From Octopus sinensis (taxonomy: Eukaryota), in the NCBI RefSeq assembly GCF_006345805.1, contig NC_042997.1, positions 199,144,001 to 199,208,000 on the forward strand: a stretch of DNA of 64,000 bases, given 5' to 3'. Numbering within the stretch: the stretch's first letter is position 1; the number at the start of each line of letters is the position of its first letter. Below, piece by piece: positions 63,111 through 64,000 of this stretch. The notes beneath the pieces were generated by a model. The model was not told the origin of the DNA and searched no databases. It saw nothing but the letters and a program-made list of their open reading frames with translations. The position numbers and the translations under genes are program-made.

Positions 63111-64000
63111 GCGTGTGTATACACACACACACATGCATGCACACACACACATACATACATATAGATAGATAGATAATGTATATGTGTGTAGCTTTGTCTT
63201 AACATTATGGGTGTAAATGAGCATCAGTGTCAGCTAAGGTGATGTCATTCATTTCCAGTATGGAGAGAAATATCACCTTACTTGGAAGCAAATGAGGGTT
63301 GGTGACAGTAAGGGCATCTGGCCCTAAAATAATCTGCCTCAATAAATAATGTTTGGCCCATGCAAGCATGGATAAGTGGACATTAAATCTATGATGACAA
63401 TTTTCTTTGAGGCTTAAGCAGAGCTGACATTATTTATGCTGAATATTATGTTGTCAAAATGATTTTAGCATCTACTTTTCTTGCTTATATGGGTCAGATG
63501 AAATTTAATGAAGCAGATCTTCTATGGCTGGATGTTTTTCCTGTCGCCAACCCCCCATCTCTCTCCAAGCAAGATAATTCCCTAGTTTGGACATGTTTTC
63601 TCAGAAGGTTGCAAACAAACAATACCTCTTGCATGATAATGTCAAGAACAAGTAAATACACACACCAATATATATTCTTGTCTGACCCTATCTACAAACT
63701 TGACTCACAAGATTTTGGTCAGTTCAAATCTATAGTAGAAGACTGTTGCGTAAGGTGCCACACAGTGGAACTGAATCCAAAGCCACATAAACCTGTGTTC
63801 TATGCAATGGCTACTGTTTCCTTCCTATAAAAATGTGCATCGATCATTTCAGCTCCTGTATGTCTTATGTGTATCAAGTGCACATTTGTTTTTCATCAAT
63901 TCTCTTCTGTATTTAAAGGAAAGAGGTTATGGATCTTTTTAATAACTTGTTCATATTTATGTCTATTCTATACTGGATCTTTGTCCTTTTGTAAATACTT

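Overview
AT-rich, repeat-dominated eukaryotic DNA. The SINE and LINE-tail families look like those I know from Octopus genomes; this is recognition from memory, not a search result. No host protein-coding gene could be identified with confidence, and only a few weak candidate exons were found. Most ORFs in the track are microsatellite or repeat artefacts. The one long real coding region is a 5'-truncated RTE-clade LINE on the minus strand (about 5510-8955). It encodes APE endonuclease and RT, is broken by three apparent 1-nt deletions, and carries a C4HC3 PHD-type finger after the RT core. Other mobile DNA includes CR1, RTE and R4/Dong-like LINE fragments, two maT-type (DD37D-like) transposase relics, an internally deleted mariner, piggyBac-type and pogo-type MITEs, a Helitron-type element and dozens of tRNA-derived SINEs. 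The most notable signal is a set of type I hammerhead ribozyme (HHR) motifs in non-coding inserts, mostly at (TA)n microsatellites. The best case is a 535-bp head-to-tail repeat (50261-51433) with one canonical HHR per full unit on the minus strand. This is a retrozyme/Penelope-like arrangement predicted to release a 535-nt monomer that could circularise. Further HHR motifs lie at 60416-60501, 44154-44199 (behind a Pol III B-box) and 33366-33408 (variant core).
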